A stretch of DNA of 63,440 nucleotides, the filler included, from Kipferlia bialata (taxonomy: Eukaryota), in the NCBI GenBank assembly GCA_003568945.1. It is 6 parts of 5 records of this genome, joined end to end, with 100 filler letters (N's around TTAATTAATTAA, not from the genome) between each part and the next. Parts side by side here need not be neighbours in the genome. Positions count along the whole stretch, not along the records: positions 26,778 to 40,055 come from BDIP01000968.1; positions 40,156 to 53,422 come from BDIP01000970.1; 4 more parts are not named here. One strand, 5' to 3'. The position numbers and the translations under genes are program-made. Positions 33,677 through 47,559 of this stretch are shown here, piece after piece (position 1 is the stretch's first letter; each line of letters opens with the position of its first letter). Under the pieces are notes generated by a model, which was not told the DNA's origin, ran no database searches, and was given only the letters and a program-made list of their open reading frames with translations.

Positions 33677-34903
33677 CAATACCTGCTTCATGACTGCATT
33701 GTGTGCATCTGATATGCGCTGTAGGTCCTGTAGCACCTCAGGGACAGCCATCTGACAATAAGGGTGTAGAGAGAGAGGGAGAGATACATATCGCCATGTC
33801 CACATCTGGACAGAGCAGTGCAATACTAATATATACACTTTACATATATACCGCTAACTATATATATACACACACACACACACTCTCTCTCTCTCTATAT
33901 ATACATATGTCTGTCCATACCTTCTCGGCAGAGCAGTGCAATGCTAATTTACATATACTAATATATATCCCTTACTATATACTCTATGTATACCACTTAT
34001 TACATATATGATACATATGTCTGTCCATACCTTCTCGGCCATGTCCACATCTGGACAGAGTAGTGCAATACCAATATACATATACTGCTTACTACATTCA
34101 CTAAATGAATTAATGAGTATATATATACATTGTATATATATACCTTCTCGGCCATGTCCACATCTGGGCACAGCAGTGCAATCCTGACCTCCTCACCAAG
34201 GGTCTCAAGGGCCTGATATAAGGGGCTAGAGAGAGAGAGAGAGAGAGAGAGTACAAAGGGTCTCAAGGGCCTGGTATGAGAAGATATACATATATATACG
34301 CACACACACATATATATATTACATTCTATATATACTTTAATCAATCCTGACCTCCTCACCAAGGGTCTCAAGGGCCTGGTATAAGATACATATACATATA
34401 GAAACAATTATTATAGGGGGCTGGAGAGAGAGAGAGAGAGAGAGAGAGTACAAAGGGTCTCAAGGGCCTGGTATAAGATATATATATATACACATAGAAA
34501 CAAATATTATAGGGGGCTGGAGAGAGAGAGAGAGAGAGAGAGTACAAAGGGTCTCAAGGGCCTGGTATAAGGGGCTAGAGGATGGAATATAGATAATTAC
34601 AGAATCCATGAATATGAATATATTTCCAATATAGTATACCTTGGTCACTGAGTGGTGCACTGCCAGGTGTATCTCCCTACACACATACATATATTACCCT
34701 AGGGTACATATAGTATAGTGTGGAGAATATATAATATACAGTATACCTTTGTGACTGAGTGGTGCACTGTCTTGTGCCCTGACCCAGTGACAGACTCAGA
34801 TCCTCTCCTGCTGACAGAGACCTAGGGATTAAGGGTGTAGATGGAGAGAGAGAGAGAAATACTTACATGGCTCACTCCACTGGCTATGCTCTCGTTGTCA
34901 TAG

Positions 34904-34937
<34 letters not shown>

Positions 34938-35032
34938 CCTATATATATGTATGTATACATATACATACATGACTGACTCCACTAGCTATGCTCTCGTTGT
35001 CATAGTCTCTCTCTCTCTCTCTATATATATAT

Positions 35033-35063
<31 letters not shown>

Positions 35064-35461
35064 CATACATGGCTGACTCCACTGGCTATGCTCTCGTTGT
35101 CATAGTCTCTGCCCTGGCCTGGACGACGGGACATGCGGCTAGAGGTCAGTATATACATAGAGTGTATATGCATAACTGTAGAGAGCACGTATGCGTCAGT
35201 ACCACAGAGAGTACACATTTGTATGTACCTGACGTTTGACACGCCACTTGTGATGGACTGTGCCATTATTAATAACTATATATTATGTACTATATTCATG
35301 ATATATATATATATATATATATATGTAACAGAGTATATACTATATACACATAGGTATATATAGTACCTGACGTTTGACACGCCACTTGTGATGGACTGGG
35401 CCTTGCCACCCCGCTGGGCAAAGCCATGCCTGGAGACACCTGGAGTGAATAAAGGGTGTAG

Positions 35462-35496
<35 letters not shown>

Positions 35497-38114
35497 ACAG
35501 AGAGGGTGGGCAAATATGGGCTCAAACAGTCAATTAAATGCGCATGTATATATACAGCTATATAGCAATCATAGTCTGAATACCTGTTCTGTTGGTGTTT
35601 GCCGTGACCCCGGTACGGTGGGAGCCTGGTCGTCAGAATGATAAGATCACACACACAGACAGGAGGTATCCCATTATTCTATTCAATTCTAGGTATATAT
35701 TATATATGGGAGCCTGATCGTTGGAATGATAAGATCACATTAATAAGAATATGCAGATAAATACATATAGTAGATAGAATATGACCACACACGCAAAATT
35801 TGAATATAGAATGGGTATACCTGACCCATCTGGCTCCATCAGCACATTGTAACAGTCCATTGACTATACATAAAGAGAAGGGTGTATATAGAGGTATATA
35901 ACACGCTGGTGTATGAGTCATCGTAATATATATGGGTATACCTGATCCGTCTGGCTCCATCAGCACATCGTAGCAGTCCAGAGAGCGGTGGGCACGAAGA
36001 GGAAGCTCAACCTGATATTGAGGGTGTAGAGAGGGAGAGAGAGAAAGAGAGAGAGTGCAGGTGTACCTGGAGAGGTGTCAAGAAGCAGCATGGGCCCTGG
36101 AAGCATGATACACACGTATACGTATATATCAATACATATATCCATATTAATGAATATGTCTATATACATATATATACCTGTACAGGAGTGAGGAAGCAGC
36201 AGGGGCCCTGGAAGCATGATATATCAGTCATGAGACGCTGGTAGCGCAGGGAGGAGTTAGAGGAGAGGGCGTTGTAGGTGCCTGCCGATGAGGATACATA
36301 CATAGATAGAGAGAGAGAGAGAGAGAGAGAAAGAGTTGTTTTAGGAGAGGCATTGTAGGTGCCTGGTTTTAAGGGTGTAGAGAGAAAGAGAGAGAGAGAG
36401 AGAGAGAAGTAAACATTACCTGATAGGAACTTCTGGGGCCATGTGAATATCTGCTCTAGGTCCACTGGGGGGGCATGGCGACCAACCTGATATTTAGGGT
36501 GTAGGGGGAGAGAATAGGGGTGTAGAGGGAGAGAGAGAGGCATCCACTGGCGGGCATGGCGCCCGACCTGGCATTAAGGGTGAAGGAATAGTGCAATAAG
36601 GGTGTAGGGAGAGAGAGCCACTGCTGTATACACATGTATACCTCCAATAGGTTGTTGCTGAGTCCCATGTGGTTGACCATCCTGACCACATCTCGGTGCT
36701 TGACATTAGGATCACTGGTGCCGCTGGGGGTTAGAATATCTTACATACCAAATACTTGTCTACTTGATATTGTATATGTATACCTTGACAGTATCTGCTT
36801 GGAGGGTGCACTTGTGAGCAGGGGTCTGTCATAGATATGGGCGGCATCCTGGCCATACTTGATCATGAACCTGCAGATTAAGGGTGTAGAGGGAGAGAGA
36901 GAGTACTAATATACTTGATCATGAACCTATATAATATGGGTGTAGAGGGAGAGAGAGACAGAGAGAGTACTGATAGTGTTGTTCATGAACCTTGGGATTT
37001 AGGGGTAGAGGGAGAGAAAAGTGGGTGTGAGAGAGAATTGCAGGAATTGTAGTGGCAGGGAATGAATGTGTAGAGAGAGAGAGAGAGGCAGTACTTACAT
37101 GCTGAGTGTGGATATCTGCCTGATCAACAGATCCATGCTCTGGAACCACTCCATGCCACTGCCTCTCTTCCTGGAATAAGGGTGTAAAGGGAGAGAATAC
37201 GAGTCTAGAGAGAGAGAAGGGGAAAGATAGGGGGCAATGCCACTGCCTCTCTTCCTGGAATAAGGGTGTAGAGATATATAGTGCTTCCGTACTACCACTA
37301 ATACCTATATATACCTATATATATAAATATATATATACCTATATATACCTATATATATACCTATATATATACCTATATATATCTATATATATATACCTAC
37401 AGTACGGGTGGTACTGCTTCTGTGTATAGACGCCATGCTAACTATGTATGGTACACACGAACTATACGCACTATAGTTTATATATGTTTACACTATACCT
37501 GCAGGATGGGTGGTACTGCTTCTGGGCGTAGGTGAACATGAGGCCTGGGGGTGAGGGTACATCACAAATACACAAATGGTTTGTATATATTACGACTATA
37601 CTGTTCTATATATCATGATCATTAATGAACTCATCCCTCTCCATAAAAACGCTGTATATACCTGTGAGTATCCTCCTCATGGCTGCACTGTGGACTGGGC
37701 TGACAAAGGCAGGGACACCACTTATATTTACTAAAAATACTATACTATACATACTATACTATATATACTATACTATTCTTACTATATATGTATATGTTAC
37801 CTGTAAGGATGCGCCTCATGGCTGCACTGTAGACAGGTGACACAAAGGCAGGTACACCAGGGGTGGGGGTTAGGAGGTGGGGGGTGGCCGAGAGACCCTG
37901 AGGATAAGGGTGTAGAGGGGGAGAGAGAGAGAGAGACATACCTCCAGCACCGTCCTCAGTTCAAACAAGAGAGAGCCATTAAGTAATTACAGCAGCATCT
38001 ATACAGTATCCCTATATACTCACACATCCATACCTCCAGTACAGTCTTTGGTATCTTGTGGATGGATGCACCCTAGCCCATATATATGGGATACTTAGTA
38101 CATACCGTATCACT

Positions 38115-38150
<36 letters not shown>

Positions 38151-38607
38151 ATATATATACCTCCAGCACCGTCTTTGGTATCTTGTGGATGGATGCACCC
38201 TGGGCCATACATGTAATATATCTAGTATATCTACTATGCATGTATATATACACTGCATAGATACACACCTCCAGTACTGTCTTTGGTATCTTGTGGATGG
38301 ATGCACCCTGGGCCTCCAGCTGCACAGGGATGCATACCCTGGTATTAAGGGGGGTATGAGAGAGAGAGAGAGAAGTGCACAGGGATGCATACCCTGATAG
38401 TAAGGGGGTAGAGGGAGAGAGAGAGACAACACTGATATCCAACTACACAGGGATGCATAGACTGATAGCAATAGTATAGAGAGGGAGAGAGAGAGAAATG
38501 TGCCACAATACAAATTGCACTGATTGCTATTCTTATCATCGTCATGGGATTAATGCAGTTTAATACCTGCTCACTGCTATACTAATCTGGAACTAGACGA
38601 GTGGTGC

Positions 38608-38646
<39 letters not shown>

Positions 38647-39981
38647 GAAGGTATTCATGCTATTCTAATGACATCATTGGATATGTACCTGCTAACTGCT
38701 ATTATGATATGTATGAGGACGTAACTGAGTATCTGGATATATAGATATTGACAATATGAATAGTATACACATATAGTCACCTGCTTACAGCTATTCTGAT
38801 GAGGAACTTGACCAGTGGTGCGTTCTCCACCTCTGCACCCTCAGGTAGGACAACGATGATCTTGCAGCCCTGGGGGTAAGTAGCAAAGAGATATTCATAC
38901 AAAATAGCTATTTGTCCTAGATACAATAATAGATTCATTATCCACAATCTACCTATACACGAAATAGTACAAACAATCCATATATAGATTTGTGTCATGC
39001 CGCGAAATAGGCTATCACTACCTGATGGAACACTCTGTCACTGGAAGTCCCAAGCTATACGCGAAATAACACAAAAAATCCCATATAGATACCGCGAAAT
39101 AGGCTATTTACCTGGTGGAACACTCTGTCACTGGGTGACTTGCTCTTGATACAGTCCCAGGGGACAACGGCAATGCGGCCTAGAGAGTAAGGGTGTAGAG
39201 GGGGAGAATGAGGGTGTAGAGAGAGAGAGAGAGAAATCTTAAGATGTATAGGGAGTGAGTAGAGGTGAGAGAAACACTTCCTCACTTGGGGGCATCTGGT
39301 TGTACAGGCCGTAGATGGGCTGCTGGCCCATGCCAAGGAGGACCTGAGGGGTGAGAAAATATACTATATATTTCCAAGAGACAGATTGAGAGAGATTGAA
39401 ACACGTAACACATGTACCTTCCCGACATGCATGACCGAGAACGAGTCCTTGGACTACTCATATATGTAATTCTTATATATATATATATATATATATATAG
39501 TACAATGTATAGTTACTTATATCTATATCTATATCTATACCTTCCCGACATGCATGACCGAGAAGGAGTCCTTGGGCTCATTGAGTACACCCACACAGAG
39601 CTTCCTGAAGAGTTAGTGTCTATATACATAGAGAGAGAGAGAGAGAGAGGAAAATAGAGGGAGCACACCCACACAGAGCTCCCAGAATTGTAAGTAACAG
39701 TGCAGTTATAGTTGAAACAAATGTATATACACCAGTATAGGCCAAGGAACCTAGAGCTAGAGTCCACCGCCTTGATCATCTCCATGATGCTGAGTCTCTC
39801 TCTCTCTCTCTCTCTCTCTATAGATATATATATAATAACTGTACCTACTAGATGAGTCCACCGCCTTAATCATCTCCATGATGCTGAGTCTCTCTCTCTC
39901 TCTCTATATATATATACTAACTGTACCTACTAGATGAGTCCACCGCCTTGATCATCTCCATGATGCTCAGTCTCTATCTCC

Positions 39982-40014
<33 letters not shown>

Positions 40015-40055
40015 CTAACTGTACCTACTAGATGAGTCCACTGCCTTGATCATCT
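30219..40055 (-). CDS. Large intron-rich host gene region (many small exons), function unassigned; boundaries approximate
   Basis: Dozens of short exon-like blocks with GT donors and CTCTACACCCTTA..AG acceptors (e.g. RILEDIRDLLSSLTAHADRVKQQREKE; GCKIIVVLPEGAEVENAPLVKFLIRIAVS). Confidence 0.5.
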
Positions 40056-41194
40056 NNNNNNNNNNNNNNNNNNNNNNNNNNNNNNNNNNNNNNNNNNNNT
40101 TAATTAATTAANNNNNNNNNNNNNNNNNNNNNNNNNNNNNNNNNNNNNNNNNNNNTTCGTTGTTGGAACTGGACAGATGTCTCTAGGCGGCGTATTGTCC
40201 CTGACTCTGGGCTGTGTGATGGACACAGCCAGACGTGGCTCCTTTTGGGGCCACAGTCCAAGTTTCGTCCATGTTATAGCTGGACACATGGATTTACGAG
40301 GGGACACGGAGTGATGCAGAGAGGGCTTGGAGGCCACAGTTGGTATTCTTGTCTTTAGCACTCATCACTACTCCTTTGCCTCATGTGCTGGGGCACTCTA
40401 GGTGTTATAGAGAGAGGGGATGGGAACGCGGAGATGCCTGTGTTGCGCCGTTGACAGTCCTCTTGCCCTAGTCTGAGCCCTCTCAGTATCTGTATCTATG
40501 GGACATGACGGTGAGTGACCCGTCCAGTGCTCAGTCATTTGAGGCCTCTCCTCTCTCTGCATATGCTCCATATTTTGTTTCTGTATCTAGTACATTCCTC
40601 TACCGGAGTAGCACAGTCTGACCCCAGATTCCTTTCAGTGGAGTCACATTGATGTACGTCTCGATCTATTCGAGTAGACAGAGCCATAAATGTCTCCTTG
40701 TCATCGCCGGCAGACATAAGTACTGGCGGCGTTCCTTGCAGACAGTCAGACATCGTTCAGTCAATCCTGAAGATGTTATGTAACCACTGGACACAGCATG
40801 GCTACAGGGGGATACACAGGGTGGTACAGTGTTGGTTGGGGGGCACAGTCGGAGATCGTCCCCCCATACTCCACCGAACTCCTTGGCGTCATGAGCTGTG
40901 GGACCCTTTGTGCCAGAGAGAGAGGGCTGGGTAGGATAGCAGCCATCCTTGCAGTCCAGTGGTTGGAGACCTGCTCTCTCTCGCCAGTCCCATCACTAGT
41001 GTTCCCACCAGCAGACTCATCATCTGCCAGTATGGACATGCATGTGAGGCATCCCGCTGATGGGTTAGCCAGTACCTAGCTGACCCGATTGCAAAGTCTT
41101 GGCCCGTTGTCTGATGCTGGTGTCTCAGTGCCAGGGTCTCTAACGTCTCTGGGTCTGACCTTTGTGGACAGTGCCGCATATATACCACATGACC

Positions 41195-42500
41195 TAACTA
41201 TTGTGTTAATGCTGCCTGGCCTCTGTGTCTGCTGCTCCCCATGTGTGGTGATCGGTGTGTTCCCATAGAAACAGCGCATTGTTACAACGACTAGGGGCTT
41301 ATAGACATCTAATTCTGGCCTGTGTATGTCCATACCTGAGTGCATGTGGCCCCGTGGGTCTGTGCTTTCTGACCTCTGTGGCAATTGCCGCTTTGGAGCT
41401 CTATGGCTCCGATACTGGCTGTGAAATTGATTGTTGTCTCGTTGTGGGTCAAACTTTGCTTGTGGGGTTGGCTCCGCACACTAGTCACCGTAGCCTGCAC
41501 CGTAGCCTGCTGCCTTCTATTTGCCCTGCCCCCCTCGTTCTCTTGTGGGTGTGACCCATCCATCTCCATGCAGCTTGTGATTAGGCACTGCTGTGATCGA
41601 CAGCAGTGGAAGTATACCACTCTTTCCCCCGCTGGACACTTCCCTTCTGGAGCATCACAAGATATGAAAACCCAGTGTGGGTTGTAGATGTGGTATTCTG
41701 CAGGTATTGATGCTAGACACCATGTCAGGGCATACAAGTGTGCGTTATTCCCATGGGATCACTGTGTTTGACTGCGGTAGGAAGTCGTCTAGGTATGCGA
41801 CGCTTGACACTTCCCTGACTGCTGCTGTAGGGCAACTGCTGGAGATACCATGGTCTCAAGCTTACTTAGCGAAGTGATTGAGAGAGGTTCAACCACAGCT
41901 CTGCGATAACAATATCGTTTCATCCCAGACAAGGGTGGCCAAGGTATCTTGGAGCTCGTGTTGACTTGGGATTGAATCTCCAAGTCGGTCTGGAGCGTAC
42001 TCTGGTGCGTTCGACGGCAGTCAAAAAGTCGTCGATGTATACGACACTGGACCGTTATCTATACCGCCTTCTCGTGTCGAACCCTGATTGACACTGCGTG
42101 TTGACCCAGTGCATCTTGTAGCCGCCCTCCCCACTTGTCATCCCTTGGTCACTCTTCTAGGACTCGTACGCCAAGCTATCTGATGACAGTTCTCTTGCCC
42201 TCATCTACCTAATCTTTCGCTAAGACGTGGGACATGATGTGCTCTAGCATGAGCATTGGTTGAGTGGTCTGTGGGTCTACTTCCATTGGCGGCCACTGCA
42301 GTATGCCACGCGTCTAGACATATTGTGTTAGTGTACCCTGACGTCTGTGTCTGCCACCCACCATGTGCTGTGATCGCTGTGTTTCCACAGATACAGCGCA
42401 CTGTGACAAGGACTAGGGGCTCATAGACAGACGAGCTTCGCCTCACTATGCCCAGACCTGAGTGGATGTGGCCCCTGTGTCTGTGCTATCTCACCTCTGT
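41195..42500. repeat. Diverged direct repeat pair (about 41195-41385 and 42320-42500) in an ORF-poor region
   Basis: Alignable by eye: ccatgtgtggtgatcggtgtgttcccatagaaacagcgca...gactaggggcttatagaca vs ccatgtgctgtgatcgctgtgtttccacagatacagcgca...gactaggggctcatagaca. Confidence 0.75.
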
Positions 42501-43199
42501 CACTGCTGTCTACTCTTGGCTATGTCCTTGTCATAGTGTCATGTGCACTTGTAAACACGCGTTCTTAGGACACTCAACAGATCAGACTAGCCTATTGTTG
42601 CCCATGGATGTGTATATTGATGGCACTTGGTCTCTTTCTGATGAGTCCTGACAGACACACTCTGACTCATGGCACTATGTGTTGTAGTCTCAGTTAGCAC
42701 CTCTATGACCGTGTGGGGATATCAGAACCGGTGTGTTAGTTACCCATCGTTGCCCAACTGTGTGTAACAATCGAACTCAAGGTGTATATCGAGGTGGCTC
42801 AATCATGCTTCCTGTTCGAAGGCAGACGGGAACATCCTGCTCTCGATTCTCTGTGATGGATCCTCCAGTGGAGATAGTGGTAGTCAGTTACGTGTCTGCA
42901 CTTTGCAATGAGTTGAGTCCTGCACTGCATGGAGTAGGAGTGGTACCCACCGCTCATTGCATGTAGTTAAGGCACCTGGGTTCCTATGAAGACTGTGTCT
43001 ACACATGGTCTCTGCAGATGGTATAGTCTGAGAGAGGGTCGCTTACACTGTGGTGCCCTTGTTCTCGATACTCCATCTCTATGTGCCGACTATACATTGG
43101 TGTCACCAGTCTTCCTCTGTTCCACAGGCGGAGCTTCAAGGGGCGTCGCTGACTCCTTGTCCCATATCTGGGTTACTACCTATGTACCCCGATCATAGG

Positions 43200-44660
43200 C
43201 TTAGGTGTCACCCCCTCACTACTGGGAATGTGAGCTCTGTGGCTGGGGGCTGCACTTGCACCTGCTGTCGGTGTCCCACTTCCTCCAGATATTGTCGCAC
43301 ATTGTACGAACACAGCCTTTGGATCATAGACAGATCGGCCTTGCCAATACTACTCTGCCGGTGCAACATGACCTCGATGCCGAGATGCCTATGGAACCAT
43401 CACCTGTGTCTATGGGGCACCACTCTGTTTGAATGCCGTATGAGCTGGTCACGGTAAGTCACACTAGACGATGCCCTTTCTGCTGTGGCAAAACACCCAG
43501 ACGGTACCGTAGTCTCAATCCCACGTGGGTGTTGTCGTTTAGAACACAGAGGCTAGAGTTCCTTAGTAAGGAAAGTGTCATGGAGTCGAAAAGATAGCCA
43601 CTTGACACACATGGCATGAGACCTGGGTCTGGGGGCATAGCTGGAGAGTGTGCACTCTGGACTCAGTGCCATATACCCTTCTGGTCACAAGTGTGGTGTA
43701 TGGCACTGTAGTTGCTCTATCATGTTACGCCATCAACACACCTCTCCCCACCGTTCAGTACAGCTCAGGGGATCTCGAGTCTCGGACTCAAGGTGCTTTG
43801 GTGGATATTGGCAGGCACATAGTGACTCCAGATGCTACATCTGCGTTAACGAATCTAGCTCCTCTCTTCGCATTTACCACTGGGCAACACCTCCTTCCTT
43901 CCTGGCCTGTCACTCATGTGCAAAGTACATGTTGTACTGCACAAGAGAGTCCTTCAGAATGGCGACAATCCGTCGGCCTCGGCGAAGTGGAACATGGTCA
44001 TTATCATAGTTGTGTCGTCATCGGTCTGTGTGTCACTAGGGGGGGGGTCGCGGGTATGTGCCACCGGAGAGACTCCTGAGGGGGCCAGCTGGAGAAGCGG
44101 CACTCTGGACACAGTGGCACATAACCATGTGACCATGGGAATGCAAGAAAGCACTGTAACTGTTCACAGAGGTTTCGAAATCAACTCCCTGTGCCGATTT
44201 CTCCCCTGTCGTACTGTCAATCTCGGGTTAGTACCTATGTACCCAGAGTGTATGAGGATGTGTCCCGCCCGTCCCTACTGGATATGTGCTCTCTGACATG
44301 TGTAGTAGTCTCCATGGCTGCTTGTCTATGGATGTGCCCCTGACCCCCTGCCAGCCTGGGTTACTGTCCCAATACACAGAGCATATACCTTGGTGTCACA
44401 CTTCTACCAATATTGGATAAGTGTTGTCTGACCTCTGTGGGTGGGACCTGATGTTGCAGTTGCTCTCGGTGTCCCTCCTGACTATTGGCGCACTTCTTGA
44501 ACTGCCTGCCAGCCATAGACAGGTCGGCCTTGCCAGTGTATGCCCATTGCTCTGCACGAGTACCTTGACATCAGTGCTGTGACGCCTCTCCTTGTGGTGG
44601 TGTATCTAGTACATCACCTATGTCTATCGGACCCTGGTACCACTGTGTTTGACTGCCGTA
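43200..44660. repeat. Diverged direct repeat pair (about 43200-43440 and 44390-44660)
   Basis: Shared tcggtgtccc, catagacagRtcggccttgcca, catcacctRtgtctat, caccactSTgtttga.tgccgtat. Confidence 0.7.
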
Positions 44661-46076
44661 TTCGTAACAACTCATCTTCCGGAATTCCTTGTTCAACATG
44701 GACATCACTGCCGGTAGTTCTGCCTACATTGCCTCATGTGGCTACCACAAGTGACATTGACAATATGATTGTCACTGAGGGAGTAGCAGAGTGTGACGTT
44801 ATGGTACTGCAGTAGTATGTGGTTCCAAGCAGACCCGAGTAACTGTATTAGTCTGTACTCATTCGCTCCGGCATGTCAGTGAAAGTGTGTGGACAGTACC
44901 GATAATGGGCACTATACAGCGCCACCACTTTCAACGGGGTCCATGCTACTTCTCGTGCATCAGTACACAGACAGCGGACATGTCCCCTCTCTTTTACAGA
45001 GCCCAGGTCTGGCGTTCGAGTACAATTGGTCTGTCGCTTGCGCTGTGTACACTAGTAATCCCGGTTTGTCGCGGGTCAGAAGACCTAGATCTTACTCTTT
45101 AAGGCTGCTGAGGAGTTGCATAGTTATCTTAGTCTGTGGACGGTGGGTATTGGAGAGTCGAATATCCACTGATGGTGTGGCCAGTTGTTCTACTTACCGG
45201 GACCAGGAACAGTACCTTACAGTTGACAAGTACGTGCCATCCGTCGAGGAACCAAAGTGTACCAACCACTATCTTCTATCTATATATATACCCAGTCCCA
45301 TGAGTGGTGCCTATGCATGCACTCTAGTCTCTAGACTGGACAGTGCATGTATGGGCCCCACTCATGAGACCTCTTTTCATTGAATGTGCCGTGGAGTGTG
45401 GTGGGATCCAGGTCACAGTCGGTACCTAGGTGGTATACTGCGTATACTACACTCATGTCTGACCTATGCCATGGAATTTCATCGTAGCGTATAGGCGTGT
45501 GATCCATGAAGTGTTCCTACGTGTCAAAGGTTCATGTAATTGGTCACCAGATTTGACTCCTCCAGCCACTGCCTCTTTCCTTCCCGAGTCCTGAATAGCC
45601 TTCTCAACCACATTGCCAGAAGCCCATCTACTGGAAGGGCGGAAGTTCAGCATGTCGGCACAAATGTTGAGTGAGTTTAGTCAGGTATTGCCTGTGACCT
45701 ATGTCTTTCCCACTGTATTTATAATTCATATGTATTTTGTATATAGTATTTAGTGTATTGATACTACAGTAATATGCCAACATTCAGTGAACATCCCATA
45801 ATCTATTCATTCACAAAACCACTAGTCAGACACCGATATCAGAGCCACCAGTTGCAGGGAACTTGATCTGGGGTGAGGGAGAGGGGGGGGGGGGGGGGGG
45901 GGATTTTTAACTTTTATATTNNNNNNNNNNNNNNNNNNNNNNNNNNNNNNNNNNNNNNNNNNNNNNNNNNNNNNNNNNNNNNNNNNNNNNNNNNNNNNNN
46001 NNNNNNNNNNNNNNNNNNNNNNNNNNNNNNNNNNNNNNNNNNNNNCCCCTTCCCCCCCCCCCCCCCCCACCCCCAG

Positions 46077-46274
46077 CACCATCAAGCCCGAGTGGCTGGT
46101 GGAGGTGGCCCCCCACCTGTACACAGACGAGATCCTGGAGAAGGTGGGTGTGGAGTGATCGTGGTACTGTTGTGATAGTATGTTTGGAGGTCGTCTGATA
46201 TATGTGCATCCGTCTGTCCCTCTCACCCCCAGGGCCTCAAGATGCCCAAGAAGAGGAGCCACAGGAGGATGTAG
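46077..46274 (+). CDS. Last two exons of a DEAH-box RNA helicase (Prp2/DHX16-like C-terminus)
   Basis: TIKPEWLVEVAPHLYTDEILEK (46077-46143), GT-AG intron, then GLKMPKKRSHRRM* (46233-46274). Confidence 0.75.
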
Positions 46275-47559
46275 AGGGTATACACTGTTGTTATAGAGGT
46301 TTAGAGTCATAAATTCCTCTTCAGTGAATGTGAAGTCACTTCAAGTCAGTGTCTAGTTAATAGACACTGTCTATTAAGTCAATAGTTATGGTTAAAGGTG
46401 CTAGGCAGATATTCATGGGAGAAGGCAGCAGGGATCCTGTGACCAGATTCTGGTCAGTGACTGCCAAGGAGTGAGCGCGTATACACCCATGATACATGGT
46501 GCTTCTAGGCCCTTGATACTGTATCAATCAACGACGCTTCATATGGCATTGGTCGAAACCTAGCAGTTTCCAGTGTATAACACTAAAGAGACTCAGCTTC
46601 TTTGGAAGGCATAGAGCAACCGTATGGTCAAGGGGTTTCCGAGTGGAACTTCCATTGTGGAAGTAAACCAATGTGAAAAGCGCTCTCTACAGGTTGTAGA
46701 CTACAACGACACTGGCCAGACTCTGGCCGCCAGAGCAACTGCGTACCCCCATCTGACCCCAGGAACGCCCATTCCTGAGGGTCATTCTGCCTCTAATAGA
46801 GAGTCTCTATGGAGAGTCTCTATGGAGAGCCTTACGGAGTATTAGTCAAGAGCAATGCTCTGAGAGCCTGGTCAGACCATGTTTGGTGTGTTGCATGTAA
46901 GTACCTCTCGTATCTGTAGGCGTCAGGGTGAGTGGTGGGTCTCAGTGAGAGTCTCGCAGTCATGTGGAGGGTGTGCTTGGCGATATTACTAGAGGCATTG
47001 GAAAGTTACCAAGTTGGTAAGTTACCAATGGACCATTGACAATGGTAACGCATCAGATCATCAGATTCTGATGAGCTGTATCCCTTGCTGGCATATGTAC
47101 TATTCCACAGGCATTGCTTGTTCTTGGGAAGCCTTTGATTCAGAGTCTGAATAGTGTTCCAGTGGTGGGCTAGATAGAGGCCAAGCCACAACAGTCTCAC
47201 TAGGGATGGATGTGGGACTCCATCGACAATTCGAGGACGGTCAAACAGGTTGCATAGAGTGTTTAGAGAGGGAGAGTGGGCACAAAGCTGTCAGACTCAG
47301 AGTCAATCATCTGTGGGATCTTGCTAAACAGGTCAATGAACGCAATGGCGTGAAGAACACTGGTACCTTCACCACAGGTGATTCAATCAACTATCCCTGA
47401 TGCTTTGTGGAAGTCATTGAGGCATATCACTTGTTTAGGACTCAATAGACAATAATCTCACTATACCGTCAGATAGAATATCAAGAGAACGCCTGAAGGG
47501 ACGGTGAGTGGGACTGAATACTACACAGCTTACAGTATATTAGTACACTCTCTCGAGAG

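Noticed and set aside
26799..39785. Many short Y/I/S/L-rich ORFs in the track
   Set aside because: Translations of (TA)n and (GA)n intronic microsatellites
39760..40055. Repeat-spacer pattern resembling a CRISPR array
   Set aside because: Repeats are exon fragments with splice donors separated by microsatellites; eukaryotic context and no cas genes
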